Assembly (NCBI GenBank): GCA_947085405.1
Contig: CAMTWO010000013.1
Span: 20,193 to 84,192 of the forward strand
Source: an uncultured Ignavibacteriota bacterium
GTDB lineage: Bacteria > Bacteroidota > Ignavibacteria > UBA10030 > BY39
Length of the DNA: 64,000 nt
Direction of reading: 5' to 3'
Within the stretch, counting starts at the first letter, position 1. Each line of letters opens with the position of its first letter. Positions 51,975-62,494 of the stretch are shown here, one piece after another. The translations under genes were made by a program, and so were the position numbers. The notes under the pieces were generated by a model. The model saw only the letters and a program-made list of their open reading frames with translations. It did not search any database and was not told where the DNA came from.

Positions 51975-52070
51975 ATGCCCTGTGGTAAAAAAAGAAAGCG
52001 TCATAAGATGTCGACTCACAAACGGAAAAAACGTTTGCGAAAGAATCGACATAAGAAGAAGATTCGTTAA
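51975..52070 (+). CDS. tiny ultra-basic protein, candidate ribosomal protein bS22-like (31 aa); not in the ORF track
   Basis: Hand-translated as MPCGKKRKRHKMSTHKRKKRLRKNRHKKKIR*. Resembles the 30-33-aa Lys/Arg-rich bS22 proteins of Bacteroidota/Actinobacteria. A terminator hairpin follows. Confidence 0.45.
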   Translation: MPCGKKRKRHKMSTHKRKKRLRKNRHKKKIR

Positions 52071-52101
52071 CACATATCTATATTGAATATGACTAATTCG
52101 T

Positions 52102-52135
52102 GAAAACCAATCTGTATTATAGATTGGTTTTTCTA
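52102..52135 (+). terminator. terminator hairpin after the mini-ORF
   Basis: GAAAACCAATCT-gtattat-AGATTGGTTTTT followed by CTATATCT. Confidence 0.5.
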
Positions 52136-52159
52136 TATCTAAAAATACTGGTTAATAAA

Positions 52160-53656
52160 ATGTATAAAACCAAAATTTATTTATTTATGCTATCGTTATT
52201 GATGGCTATATTTTTCTATTCTTCTTGTTCGCAGCCAAAAGCTTTAACAATTCTTCATACGAACGATATTCACTCAAACTTTCTTCCTCGTGAAGCTGCA
52301 TGGATACGTGATAATCCGAAACCCAAAGTTGGTGGCTTCAACGAATTATATTTCGTTGCCGACAGTATCAAGAAGGTAAAAAATGTTTTGATGTTGGATG
52401 CCGGTGATATGATGACCGGAAACCCTATTACTGAGTACAAATACAAAGGTGCATTAGGCGGTGCACTTTTCGAAATGATGAACATGATAGGATACGAAGT
52501 TTGGTGTCCGGGCAATCATGATTTTGATATTTCACAGGATAACTTTGTTAAGTTAACTAAAATTGCAAAGTTCCCAACAGTGTCGGCAAACCTGGTAAAT
52601 AATGAGGGAAAGAATCATTTGAATAATTTACCTTACATCATTGTTGATAAAGCCGGTATTAAAATCGGGATTATCGGAATTATGTCGCAGGACTTATACG
52701 GATTAGTCAATCAAAACAATTTGGTTGGCATTCGTGTCCTTTCGCCAATCGAAACATTGCAAAAATATATAAACGAAATTGATTCGAAAACAGATTTGAT
52801 TATTGCATTAACCCACCAAGGAGTGTTCGACGATTCAGTTTTAGCGGTCAATGTTCGTGGATTAGATGTAATCATAGGCGCGCATTCGCACACCCGCTTA
52901 ACCAAACCCAAAGTGGTAAATGATGTAATAATTGCCCAAGCCGGTGGAAACAACGAAAACTTGGGCGAATTGGAATTATTTGTTGAAAACGATAAAGTAA
53001 CCAATTTCAATGGTAAGTTAATTCCACTTTGGTATCGTGAAAATAGACCCAAGAATCAGCTTTCGAATCTGGTCGATTCGATGGAAACGACGATAGAAAA
53101 AGATTACAGCGAAATTATTGGAATATTAAAGTCAGATTGGAAACGGGGCAGCGGCGAAAGCGGCATCGGGAGTTTCATCGCCGATGCGCAGCGAATTGCA
53201 GCAAAAACTGATATTGCATTTATGAATAATCACGGCATCAGAAGAGATTTACCCGCAGGGCAGATGAGCAAAAAAGATTTATTCGAGGTGCTTCCTTTTT
53301 ATAATATACTAACAACTTTCCAACTGAGCGGACAGCAAATTAAATCGATTCTGAAATTTTACATCAAAGAAAAATCGCCAATCCAATTTTCAGGCATCAA
53401 ATGCCAATGGACAAAAAAAGAAGGCGATATCGAATTTCTAAAATTAGAGATTCAGGGAAAACCAATAGAAGAGGATCGAATCTACAGTGCTGCTGCCAGC
53501 GATTACTTTATAGGTGAAGCAAAACGCTATCTCGGATTAGAAATTAACAACGCAATTCAATTGAATATGAACGTTTTTGATGAAGTTCGAAAAGTAGTCC
53601 TCAGCACAAAAGAAATAGATTCCAAAATAGAAAATAGAATTGAAGAAATTAAGTAA
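52160..53656 (+). CDS. bifunctional metallophosphoesterase / 5'-nucleotidase family lipoprotein (start moved to ATG 52160; the track start overlaps the terminator)
   Basis: Lipoprotein signal MYKTKIYLFMLSLLMAIFFYSSC. Metallophosphatase motifs ILHTNDIHS, LDAGD, GNHDFD, then 5'-nucleotidase C-terminal domain. Confidence 0.85.
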   Translation: MYKTKIYLFMLSLLMAIFFYSSCSQPKALTILHTNDIHSNFLPREAAWIRDNPKPKVGGFNELYFVADSIKKVKNVLMLDAGDMMTGNPITEYKYKGALGGALFEMMNMIGYEVWCPGNHDFDISQDNFVKLTKIAKFPTVSANLVNNEGKNHLNNLPYIIVDKAGIKIGIIGIMSQDLYGLVNQNNLVGIRVLSPIETLQKYINEIDSKTDLIIALTHQGVFDDSVLAVNVRGLDVIIGAHSHTRLTKPKVVNDVIIAQAGGNNENLGELELFVENDKVTNFNGKLIPLWYRENRPKNQLSNLVDSMETTIEKDYSEIIGILKSDWKRGSGESGIGSFIADAQRIAAKTDIAFMNNHGIRRDLPAGQMSKKDLFEVLPFYNILTTFQLSGQQIKSILKFYIKEKSPIQFSGIKCQWTKKEGDIEFLKLEIQGKPIEEDRIYSAAASDYFIGEAKRYLGLEINNAIQLNMNVFDEVRKVVLSTKEIDSKIENRIEEIK

Positions 53657-53692
53657 AAATAAAAATACAATGATGAAAGGCAAAATATAATT

Positions 53693-54409
53693 ATGAAAAA
53701 AAATAATTTTCCAATTGTGATAATTATAGGCAGACCAGCTGCCGGCAAGTCGGAAGTTATAGATTATCTGAAACACAGTGATGCGAATGAACGTTTGAAT
53801 CGTTTACATATTGCAAACTTTGAAGAGTTAGATGATTTTGTTTATGTTTGGGAAACATTTGAAGTCGATGATATTCTGACAAAGCATGGGAAGCCGAGAT
53901 TATGGACAGATGAAAAATATTGGTTCAAAGAACACTTTATTTGGAATTTATACATTGAGCGGATTAACTTAGAATACCGGAAAAAATTAGCGCGCGATGC
54001 GAATTATCATGACAACATGACTACATTGATAGAATTTGCCCGTGGTGGTGAAAACGGAATCTACGAAGCATTAAGTTATTTAGATGAAAATATATTGAAG
54101 AACGCCGTGTTAGTTTATATTAAAGTTTCGTACGAGGAATCAGTCCGGAAGAACCAACGGCGAGCGCGGAAAGGTCTTGAACATTCAATTTTGCACCATT
54201 CGCTACCCGACGAGAAAATGGAATTTTATTACAAGGTGAACGATTGGGATAAGTTGGAAGCAAAGGACCCGGACTATATTGAAGTTAAAGGTATCAAGGT
54301 TCCTTATGCAGTGTTTCAGAATGAACCCGAAAAAACTCTCGATCCTAAATTAATCGGAGCCGAGTTAGAACGAGCTACTTCGAAGTTGTGGAATATTAAG
54401 AACAAATAA
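53693..54409 (+). CDS. P-loop kinase-like hypothetical protein
   Basis: 238 aa; Walker A IIIGRPAAGKSE near the N-terminus; no clear family assignment from sequence. Confidence 0.55.
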   Translation: MKKNNFPIVIIIGRPAAGKSEVIDYLKHSDANERLNRLHIANFEELDDFVYVWETFEVDDILTKHGKPRLWTDEKYWFKEHFIWNLYIERINLEYRKKLARDANYHDNMTTLIEFARGGENGIYEALSYLDENILKNAVLVYIKVSYEESVRKNQRRARKGLEHSILHHSLPDEKMEFYYKVNDWDKLEAKDPDYIEVKGIKVPYAVFQNEPEKTLDPKLIGAELERATSKLWNIKNK

Positions 54410-54430
54410 GAAGAATTATCTTTTAAAATA

Positions 54431-54468
54431 AAAAACCGCTAAGACATTAACACCTTAGCGGTTTTTTT
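54431..54468. terminator. bidirectional terminator between convergent genes
   Basis: AAAAACCGCTAAG-acattaacac-CTTAGCGGTTTTTTT: A-run 5' and T-run 3', so it functions on both strands. Confidence 0.6.
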
Positions 54469-54480
54469 ATTCCATATATG

Positions 54481-55590
54481 TTATATCACATGTTCAGCTT
54501 TTAACTCAGCAGCCCGCCTCTTCTCGGCGATTGTTAAGAAAACCACTGCAACGAGTATAAAACCTAACGATATCCAATCGGAGTCCTTCGGGAATTTACC
54601 TCCAAAAAGATAGTAGAAAACTAAAGTTGCTCCAGTTCCTGCAATTAACGATGTTAAGCGGTTCACTAAACCGGCGAAGGTGGCTGTTCGGCCTTTGAAC
54701 ATAAATAAGAAAACTGAAAAGAAAGCCACAGCACCAAACACTGTTCCTGCAATAATTTCCCATCCCCAAAGATAAGTTGGTTGCGTCAACGCTTCTTGGA
54801 AAAGTTTAACCTGATAAGACTCAGGCTCGCTGATGTTAAACAATATAAATCCGACAATCAACACCGTGATCCCGGCTGAAATTTGCTCGATAGCAAAAAA
54901 TCCCTTGTTGTCCTGAGGCACTCCTTTACCCCTCGTGTTTTTATAATAATTCATTATATAAAGACGAATCGAATAAGCTACTAAATAACTTCCTAAAATT
55001 ACCATAGCTGGAGTATATGTAATAAAATCAAAACTTGAATTCCCACGGCCGTAAAATAAATGAACACTCACAGCCAATATTGCAAATAGAACTGCAATTT
55101 CTTCCTGAATGTAAACTTTCCTTTTCAAAATTTTCTGTTTTATTTGAATAGCATCTATAATTCGAGAAATAACAATTATACTGCCACGCATAATAACCAT
55201 TGCCACCATTATTGATATGGGAAGTGTGAACATTAAAGTGGTGGTCGGTATTATTACTGCTGTCATTATTCCTGATGGTACGATGTATAAAAATTCGACA
55301 GGGAATTTCACACCCGCTGCCTGAATTGAATAATTAGATTTTAGTTTGTACCATCGAAAGACTAACACGATAAATAGGCAAATTAAATTTCCACCCATTG
55401 TACTGTAAACTAAGAATTCCATATTCATTCTGACTTGCATTGCCTTAAATGTAGCAGGGTCATCAGTCATCTGTTGTACTAAATAGTCGGTAAAATATTT
55501 AACTGTCGTGCCAAAGATTAAATAAAAGAAAAAATAACCCAGACAAAGCTGAATTAGTCTTCCGGTCGTGCCATCAGTTGTTTTCCACAT
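54481..55590 (-). CDS. polytopic inner-membrane protein of unknown function
   Basis: 369 aa, about 10 predicted TM helices. Only substantial minus-strand gene in the window. Confidence 0.65.
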   Translation of the reverse strand: MWKTTDGTTGRLIQLCLGYFFFYLIFGTTVKYFTDYLVQQMTDDPATFKAMQVRMNMEFLVYSTMGGNLICLFIVLVFRWYKLKSNYSIQAAGVKFPVEFLYIVPSGIMTAVIIPTTTLMFTLPISIMVAMVIMRGSIIVISRIIDAIQIKQKILKRKVYIQEEIAVLFAILAVSVHLFYGRGNSSFDFITYTPAMVILGSYLVAYSIRLYIMNYYKNTRGKGVPQDNKGFFAIEQISAGITVLIVGFILFNISEPESYQVKLFQEALTQPTYLWGWEIIAGTVFGAVAFFSVFLFMFKGRTATFAGLVNRLTSLIAGTGATLVFYYLFGGKFPKDSDWISLGFILVAVVFLTIAEKRRAAELKAEHVI

Positions 55591-55760
55591 AATAGTAAAA
55601 AGGAGTATTGTTAATAATTTTTGTTAATTATATTACATATTTGGCTAAAAAACAAATAATTTGTTGACTTCAGTTTACGTATTTCTTGCTTTTTAGGCAT
55701 TAACTTCGTAATTTCCAACACAATTAACAATACCTTAAAATAATTATTAAAGGAGATGTT

Positions 55761-56144
55761 ATGTCAACAGAAGACAACAAAATAGCAAAAGGTTTTTTAA
55801 TGGGCTTTTTAGCCGGTAGTGTCATTGGAGCAATCGTGGCTCTGCTTTATGCCCCCAAACCGGGCAAAGAACTCAGACAAGATATTAAACAAAAAGCTGC
55901 CGATTTGAAACAGGATGCTGAAGAGTATCTGAAAATTGCAAAAGAAAAAGCATTATTTTTGATTAGAGAGGGGAAAAAACAATCGGAAGCTATAATCACC
56001 GACGCGAAGAAAAAAGCTGAGGAGATTTTAGGCGATGCCGAAAAAATTGTGTCTCAAGTTCGTGAAAAAGCTACCGATGAAGGAAAGCGAATTAAAGATG
56101 CAGTGCACGCAGGTGTTGAAACATATAAAAAAGAACGTTCATAG
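55761..56144 (+). CDS. YtxH-like protein
   Basis: 127 aa; N-terminal GFLMGFLAGSVIGAIVALLYAPKPGKELRQDIKQKA... then Lys/Glu-rich coiled coil. Confidence 0.65.
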   Translation: MSTEDNKIAKGFLMGFLAGSVIGAIVALLYAPKPGKELRQDIKQKAADLKQDAEEYLKIAKEKALFLIREGKKQSEAIITDAKKKAEEILGDAEKIVSQVREKATDEGKRIKDAVHAGVETYKKERS

Positions 56145-56170
56145 TAAAGAACACTCAAGGAGAAATTGAT

Positions 56171-56557
56171 GTGGAAACCTTATTAACCTTTGTTCAAATA
56201 ATTGCTCTCTTATGCGTATCAATATTATCTATTTATTTGATATTTGCTATAAAAAAAATCACTTCTTCCTTTTGCAATATCGAAAAGGATATCAACCAAA
56301 TCACCTCTAAAGCCACTCCTGTATTTGAAAACTTATCTAAAACAGCCCAAAGGATAGATCAAGTTACCGAAAACATCGAAAAGCAGATTGATGGAGTAAT
56401 CTATTCGATCAATTCTATTAAAAAAATTGCCGACGATGTGGTTGCTTTTGAACAAAAAATTCAAAGAAGAATAGAAGAACCGGTTCTTGATGCCGTTTCA
56501 TTTTTTGGCGCTGTTGTAAAAGGAGTCCGGGCTTTTATCGAACGTTTAAAAAATTAA
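56171..56557 (+). CDS. small membrane-anchored coiled-coil protein (DUF948-like)
   Basis: 128 aa; single N-terminal TM, then helical region; paired with the YtxH-like gene. Confidence 0.55.
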   Translation: METLLTFVQIIALLCVSILSIYLIFAIKKITSSFCNIEKDINQITSKATPVFENLSKTAQRIDQVTENIEKQIDGVIYSINSIKKIADDVVAFEQKIQRRIEEPVLDAVSFFGAVVKGVRAFIERLKN

Positions 56558-56615
56558 GCTGATAATCAATAAAAATAATTTAAATCATTTTTTCAATAGG
56601 AGAATATAAAGCGTT

Positions 56616-58712
56616 ATGAAGGAGTTTACCTCGGAACACATTCGAAATATTTCCTTAATCGGGCATGGACATTCCGGTAAGACCTCGTTTTCGGAAGCAT
56701 TACTTTACACATCAGGTGCTACTAACCGAATTGGCAAAGTGGAAGATGCAAATACAATTTCAGATTTCCAACCAGACGAAATCGAACGGAAAATTTCAAT
56801 CAGCACAGCGATGCTGCATTGCGAATGGAAGAATAACAAAATAAATATTTTAGATACACCCGGTTATTCGGATTTTACCGGAGAAGTAAAATGTGCTCTT
56901 TCGGTTACTGATACTGCGTTAATATTTTTGAAGGCATTCGAAGGTGTTGAGGTAGGTACTGAAATCGTATGGGAATACACAAAAGAATACAAGAACGCTG
57001 CCGTATTTTTAATTAATAAATTAGATAACGAAAATGCAGATTTTGAGAAGACTGTAAACGAAGCCAAAGAAAGATTCGGTTACGATGTTATGCCAATCCA
57101 ATTTCCCGTTCGGCAGGGGTTGGGCTTCGAGGAGATTGTTGACGTTATTAGAATGAAAGTTCTAAAATATAATCGTGACGGAAAAGGAAAATATACTGAA
57201 TCGGATATCCCTTCTGAATTGTTAACCAAAGCCCAAGAATTGCGTACTCAATTAATCGAAAAAATTGCCGAATCGGATGAAACGCTTATTACTAATTTTT
57301 TTGATAACGGGACATTAACTGAATCCGAAATCGTTACGGGTTTAAAATCAGCTATTCGATCGCGGAAAATTTTCCCGATATTGTGTTCTGCGGGCACTCA
57401 TTTAATCGGAATCGCATCAAGCTTGGATTTTATAGTTGACTACTGCCCCAATCCAGTCGATATGGGTTCTAAAGTAGCTGTAGTTTCAGGGACATCAAAT
57501 ACACAAGATTTAAAATGTGATTCGAATGGAACTCCGGTAATGTTTATTTTTAAAACTTTGGCTGAATCGCATTTAGGTGAAATGTCTTTCTTTAAAGTTT
57601 ATTCGGGCTCAATATATTCCGGACTCGATCTTATCAATCAAACAAATGGTAAATCTGAAAGGCTGAGTCAGATTTATATTTTAAACGGTAGAGAACGGAA
57701 GGAAACGGGAAAATTATTCGCCGGCGATATTGGTACTGCGGTGAAGCTTAAAGACACTCACACGAACAACACATTAAGCAGTAAATCGGCACCCATAACG
57801 ATTCCTGCCATTATATTTCCTGAACCTGTAATAAGCATGGCGATAGTTTCGAAGGCGAAGGGTGATGAAGATAAAGTTGCAAACGGATTGCATACATTGC
57901 ATGCTGAAGATTTAACTTTTATTGTTAAAGTTGATCCCGAATTGCGGCAAACAGTTGTAAGCGGACAGGGAGAGTTACATTTAACCATTATTGCGCAAAG
58001 ATTAAAAGCCCGTTTTGGTGTTGATGTGGACTTGGTTGAACCGAAACTTCCTTATCGTGAAACTATTAAAGGTGTATGTAAAGAAATGGAATACAAGCAC
58101 AAAAAGCAAAGCGGTGGACGTGGACAATTTGGGCATGTATTTCTTAAAATTGAACCTAAACCAAGAGGCGAAGGTTTCGAATTTGTAGATGCAATCGTCG
58201 GCGGAGTAGTTCCAGGACGTTTCATACCGGCTGTTGAAAAAGGTGTCGTAGAATCAATGGTGGGTGGCGTAGTAGCCGGATGCAAAGTTATTGACGTAAA
58301 AGTTACTCTGTTCTACGGTTCGGCGCACTCGGTAGATTCTGATGAACATTCATTTAAAATTGCAGGAAGGATGGGTTTCAAAAAAGGTTTTAAAGAAGCC
58401 AAACCAATTTTGTTGGAACCAATTTATGAAATTGAAGTAACTGTTCCCGAAGATTATATGGGCGACGTAATGGGCGATATTTCAAGCCGCAGAGGAAAAA
58501 TTCTTGGTATGGAGGCTCTTTCACATAATCAAGTTATAAAAGCACTTGTACCATTGAAAGAGCTTTTCAGATATTCAACTACACTCCGTTCAATGACACA
58601 GGGGCGTGGTATCCATAAACAAAAATTCTCGAACTATGAAGAAGTACCAAGAGAAATTATGGATAAAATAATTGCTGATTACGAAAAGAGTAAAACTGAA
58701 GAAGAGGAATAA
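56616..58712 (+). CDS. elongation factor G paralog (EF-G2-like translational GTPase)
   Basis: 698 aa, co-linear with fusA but divergent: G1 GHGHSGKTS (vs AHIDAGKTT), DTPGYSDF, NKLD; domains III-V retained (…[14 protein letters not shown]…). Confidence 0.85.
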   Translation: MKEFTSEHIRNISLIGHGHSGKTSFSEALLYTSGATNRIGKVEDANTISDFQPDEIERKISISTAMLHCEWKNNKINILDTPGYSDFTGEVKCALSVTDTALIFLKAFEGVEVGTEIVWEYTKEYKNAAVFLINKLDNENADFEKTVNEAKERFGYDVMPIQFPVRQGLGFEEIVDVIRMKVLKYNRDGKGKYTESDIPSELLTKAQELRTQLIEKIAESDETLITNFFDNGTLTESEIVTGLKSAIRSRKIFPILCSAGTHLIGIASSLDFIVDYCPNPVDMGSKVAVVSGTSNTQDLKCDSNGTPVMFIFKTLAESHLGEMSFFKVYSGSIYSGLDLINQTNGKSERLSQIYILNGRERKETGKLFAGDIGTAVKLKDTHTNNTLSSKSAPITIPAIIFPEPVISMAIVSKAKGDEDKVANGLHTLHAEDLTFIVKVDPELRQTVVSGQGELHLTIIAQRLKARFGVDVDLVEPKLPYRETIKGVCKEMEYKHKKQSGGRGQFGHVFLKIEPKPRGEGFEFVDAIVGGVVPGRFIPAVEKGVVESMVGGVVAGCKVIDVKVTLFYGSAHSVDSDEHSFKIAGRMGFKKGFKEAKPILLEPIYEIEVTVPEDYMGDVMGDISSRRGKILGMEALSHNQVIKALVPLKELFRYSTTLRSMTQGRGIHKQKFSNYEEVPREIMDKIIADYEKSKTEEEE

Positions 58713-58720
58713 TATTTTTT

Positions 58721-59206
58721 ATGCAAAGGATGTATTCTCCGTGGCGGTCAAAATACATTGCATCGTTTTCAGAGCAATCGAGTGGAGAATGCGTCCTATG
58801 CAAAGCAATTCAAGAGGATGACGACGATAAAAATTTGATAGTTACACGTGGCATCCATTCTTATGTAATTATGAATTTATATCCCTACAACAGCGGTCAT
58901 TTGATGGTTGTACCATTCAGACACATAGGAAATTTGGATTCCATCTCGAAGGAAGAAACATTGGAAATTTTTGATCTCTTAAAACGGATGACGGCTTCGC
59001 TAACCGAGATTATGAAACCTGATGGCTTTAATATCGGCTCTAATGTAGGCAGGAGCGCAGGGGCGGGTATCGAAGATCATATTCATTTTCACATAGTTCC
59101 GCGCTGGAACGGTGATACGAATTTTATGCCCGTATTGGCAGATACAAAGCTTATCTCAGAAGATATGAATGAGACTTTATTGAGATTGCGAAAAACAATC
59201 CGATAA
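58721..59206 (+). CDS. HIT-family (histidine triad) nucleotide hydrolase/transferase
   Basis: 161 aa; ...GHLMVVPFRH... and histidine triad HIHFHIVPR. Confidence 0.8.
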   Translation: MQRMYSPWRSKYIASFSEQSSGECVLCKAIQEDDDDKNLIVTRGIHSYVIMNLYPYNSGHLMVVPFRHIGNLDSISKEETLEIFDLLKRMTASLTEIMKPDGFNIGSNVGRSAGAGIEDHIHFHIVPRWNGDTNFMPVLADTKLISEDMNETLLRLRKTIR

Positions 59207-59221
59207 ATTGAATTTGAACCA

Positions 59222-60769
59222 ATGGATACCAATCAGATTTTATCGAATTTATCCTTCGGAAAAGTTGATGCCGAGTCCGACGATAAATTAGCCAACTGCT
59301 TTATCGGGACTGATTTATTCAAACAGACTTTACAGCCACGCCATACATTGCTATTGGGTGGAAAAGGTTCAGGTAAAAGCGCTTTTTTTCGTCTGCTCTC
59401 GCAAGACATTTACCGGCTGACTCCGCTGCTCCATAATTCTTTCACGGAAATATATAGCATCCCCGCATACGGCTTGCACAGCGACGAGTATATAAGTTAC
59501 TCTGAAATTCAAGAAATCAATCCCCAAACAATCGACGACTTTAAATATTTCTGGCAACTATATTTTGGTTTAAAAACTGCCGCTAATATTGCTTCTTGCC
59601 CGAGAATGCGCACCCGAGTTAATTCAAGTAAATCCGGTTCTCTTAAATCCAATTACGACACAATTATAAGTCTCCTCTCTGAAATTGGTTTATACAAACG
59701 CGACGATTACATCGATCGTGTAAATAAAAAAATAAAAGATTTACTTTTTCTGCATCAAACAAACTTATCAACCACTACAGCAGAAAAAGGGAGGATTCTA
59801 ACTAAAACATACAAAGGCAAAACTGCCTTAAATATAGTTTCCTTACTCGATTTGGTTGATAAAGTTCTAAAAGAAACAAAATGCCTCGCATGGATTTTAG
59901 CCGACCAAATAGATCTGCTATATTTAGATAATCTTGAACGAAGAGAAAAGGCAATAACTGCTCTAATTCAATTATTAATCGAATATAGCAACAGATTTTC
60001 GAATATAAATCTTAAAGTATTTTTACGGACTGATATTTTTAAAGCCCTGCAAATTGTTAATAAATCACATCTCGTATCACTTACAGTTGAATTGAAATGG
60101 GCTGATAATTTGATCATTAAATTATTAGTCGCCCGCGCTGTCCATGATCGTGTAGTCAGAGCATACTGTGAAAAAATATTGAATGAAAATTTAGATGTCG
60201 TCAAAGTTATTTCAGCCAATGATGAGCTGATGGGAAAAGTATTTCATTTGATATTTAATTTAAATATAAATGGGCATAAATGGATAATGAAACGCATGAT
60301 AGATGGTTTAGGTATGTTGTATCCGCGGGAATTTATTCATTTAGGCAATCAAGCAGTCATAAAGCAAAGAGAAATTAACAAATCACTCTCAACTCACACC
60401 AACGATGGAGTATCCAACCAAAATTCTCAGAATATATTAAGTATCGAAGCGATCAAAGAAGCTTTTTCAGAAGTTTCGAAATATAGATGCGATACTTTCC
60501 TCTATGCAGAATTCCCGCACCTAAAGAATCATTTCGATCAATTCAAGGGACTTACTAAAACCTTAATAAGTAGGGAAGAACTCTACACAATGTTTAACGG
60601 CTTAACACCTTCGGGAGCTAACGCAGTTCGTGCAATTTATGAAACAGGTTTGCTTCAACCTATCGGCAATAAAAATGTAGATGCGTGTTTAAAGTTTACC
60701 ATTCCTCCCTTATATAAAAGCGGATTGGGTATCGTTTCCAGAAGGAAAAAATCCGTTAGCATTTCTTGA
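59222..60769 (+). CDS. orphan P-loop NTPase (515 aa), family unclear
   Basis: Walker A LLLGGKGSGKSAFF about 45 aa from the N-terminus; long alpha-rich C-terminal region; no neighbouring partner genes identified. Confidence 0.6.
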   Translation: MDTNQILSNLSFGKVDAESDDKLANCFIGTDLFKQTLQPRHTLLLGGKGSGKSAFFRLLSQDIYRLTPLLHNSFTEIYSIPAYGLHSDEYISYSEIQEINPQTIDDFKYFWQLYFGLKTAANIASCPRMRTRVNSSKSGSLKSNYDTIISLLSEIGLYKRDDYIDRVNKKIKDLLFLHQTNLSTTTAEKGRILTKTYKGKTALNIVSLLDLVDKVLKETKCLAWILADQIDLLYLDNLERREKAITALIQLLIEYSNRFSNINLKVFLRTDIFKALQIVNKSHLVSLTVELKWADNLIIKLLVARAVHDRVVRAYCEKILNENLDVVKVISANDELMGKVFHLIFNLNINGHKWIMKRMIDGLGMLYPREFIHLGNQAVIKQREINKSLSTHTNDGVSNQNSQNILSIEAIKEAFSEVSKYRCDTFLYAEFPHLKNHFDQFKGLTKTLISREELYTMFNGLTPSGANAVRAIYETGLLQPIGNKNVDACLKFTIPPLYKSGLGIVSRRKKSVSIS

Positions 60770-60814
60770 CTAATCTTTTTATATTAAGTCAAAATTGAAA
60801 ATCTTTTTGGAATT

Positions 60815-62494
60815 ATGAAATCTAAAATTGCATTAATCTTGCTATTTTGTATTGTACTATTTCTTGTAATATATACGATATTTTTTATGGAGAAAAAAGC
60901 TGACCTCTTATTAATCAATGGTAACATTTATACTCTCGACGACAACAACCCTCTTGCCGAGGCAATTGTAATTAAAGATGGGTACATAATTGCTGTTGGA
61001 AACTCAAACGAATTAAAAGACCGGTATAATGCTGAAAAAATAATAGATTTAAAAGGAAGTGTAGTTATTCCGGGACTTACTGATGCACACGCACACATGT
61101 TCGGTTTTGGACAAATGCTTAATTCGTTGATGCTCGCCGGAATAACATCGGCAAACGAGATTGCCGGGAAGGTAGCAGAAAAGTCGAAAACCATTTCCGC
61201 CGGTGAGTGGATTTACGGCAGAGGGTGGGATCAAACTCTTTGGAGCGAAAAAAAATTCCCGACCAAAGATTTATTAGATTCAGCCGCTCCCGATAATCCT
61301 GTAATTTTAGGGCGGATTGATGGACATGCGATTTGGGTAAATTCAAAAACGCTTGAAATGGCAGGGATAACATCGGCTACAATTGACCCTCTTGGTGGAA
61401 AAATAATTCGTGATAATTCCGGTGAACCCACCGGTGTCTTAATAGACAAAGCAACCGAGTTAGTCGAAAAAATTGTTCCTCCCCCGACTGATGCTGAGGT
61501 TGAACAATCTATTTTACTTGCTGCTGAAGAATGTTTAAAAACAGGTTTGACCGAAGTGCACGATATGGGTTTAAACTCGCAAACGATTCGAGTGTACAAA
61601 AAATTAGCGGACGAGCAGAAACTCCTTATCCGAATTTACGGTGCAGTAGATGCACCAAGCCAAACGTGGAACGAATTCAGCGAACAAGGACCATTGCTGA
61701 ATTATGGCAACGGTATGTTAACAATCCGGGCTGTTAAAATGTACGCTGATGGAGCTCTCGGTTCACGAGGCGCTGCTCTTGTTGAAAATTATTCTGACGA
61801 TCCGGGAAACCGTGGACTTACTTTAATTGATGATTCTACAATGGAAGCAGTAACTCGTCAAGCCATCAAAAAGAATTTTCAGGTTTGCACTCATGCTATT
61901 GGCGACCGTGCCAATCATGTTGTGTTAAACATGTACGAGAAACTACTTGGGACAGTTAATGAACAAGATTTACGTTTTAGAATTGAGCACGCACAAGTTT
62001 TATTACCTGAAGATATCTCTCGATTTAAAAAGTTAAATGTTTTACCAAGTATGCAACCAATTCACGCTACATCGGATATGGATTGGGCAGAGGCAAGGTT
62101 GGGCCGCAATCGAGTTAAAGGAGCTTATGCTTGGAAATCTTTGATAAATTCCGGCTCAATCATTCCGGCTGGTTCAGATTTCCCAAACGACATTATGCAA
62201 CCTCTCTGGGGATTTTATGCTGCGGTAACCCGAATGGATCAAGATGGAAAACCCGAAGGAGGATGGCATACCGAAGAATGTATGTCGCGGGAAGAAGCAT
62301 TGAAGTCATATACAACCTGGGCTGCGTATGCCGCGTTTAAAGAAAAGGATAAAGGTACAATCGAAGCGGGTAAGTATGCCGATTTAACAATTCTCTCTCA
62401 AGATATTATGACTATTCAAGCAAGTGAAATTTTAAATACCGAAATTATTATGACTTTAATAGGTGGAAAAATAGTATATGAGTTATCCTTTTGA
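60815..62494 (+). CDS. amidohydrolase-family (Amidohydro_3) metal-dependent hydrolase, membrane-anchored
   Basis: 559 aa; N-terminal TM; metal-binding ...[12 protein letters not shown]... and ...HAIGDRANH...; ...GSDFP... Asp near the C-terminus. Confidence 0.85.
   Translation: MKSKIALILLFCIVLFLVIYTIFFMEKKADLLLINGNIYTLDDNNPLAEAIVIKDGYIIAVGNSNELKDRYNAEKIIDLKGSVVIPGLTDAHAHMFGFGQMLNSLMLAGITSANEIAGKVAEKSKTISAGEWIYGRGWDQTLWSEKKFPTKDLLDSAAPDNPVILGRIDGHAIWVNSKTLEMAGITSATIDPLGGKIIRDNSGEPTGVLIDKATELVEKIVPPPTDAEVEQSILLAAEECLKTGLTEVHDMGLNSQTIRVYKKLADEQKLLIRIYGAVDAPSQTWNEFSEQGPLLNYGNGMLTIRAVKMYADGALGSRGAALVENYSDDPGNRGLTLIDDSTMEAVTRQAIKKNFQVCTHAIGDRANHVVLNMYEKLLGTVNEQDLRFRIEHAQVLLPEDISRFKKLNVLPSMQPIHATSDMDWAEARLGRNRVKGAYAWKSLINSGSIIPAGSDFPNDIMQPLWGFYAAVTRMDQDGKPEGGWHTEECMSREEALKSYTTWAAYAAFKEKDKGTIEAGKYADLTILSQDIMTIQASEILNTEIIMTLIGGKIVYELSF

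Noticed and set aside
52100-52159. ORF-track start (ATG 52100) of the 5'-nucleotidase gene
   Set aside because: Overlaps the terminator hairpin after the mini-ORF. ATG 52160 gives a textbook lipoprotein signal ending in Cys.
52711-53052. 113-aa minus-strand ORF inside the 5'-nucleotidase gene
   Set aside because: Antisense shadow ORF within a well-supported CDS.
61231-61599. 122-aa minus-strand ORF (and neighbours 60928-61373) inside the amidohydrolase gene
   Set aside because: Antisense to a conserved amidohydrolase region; no start context.
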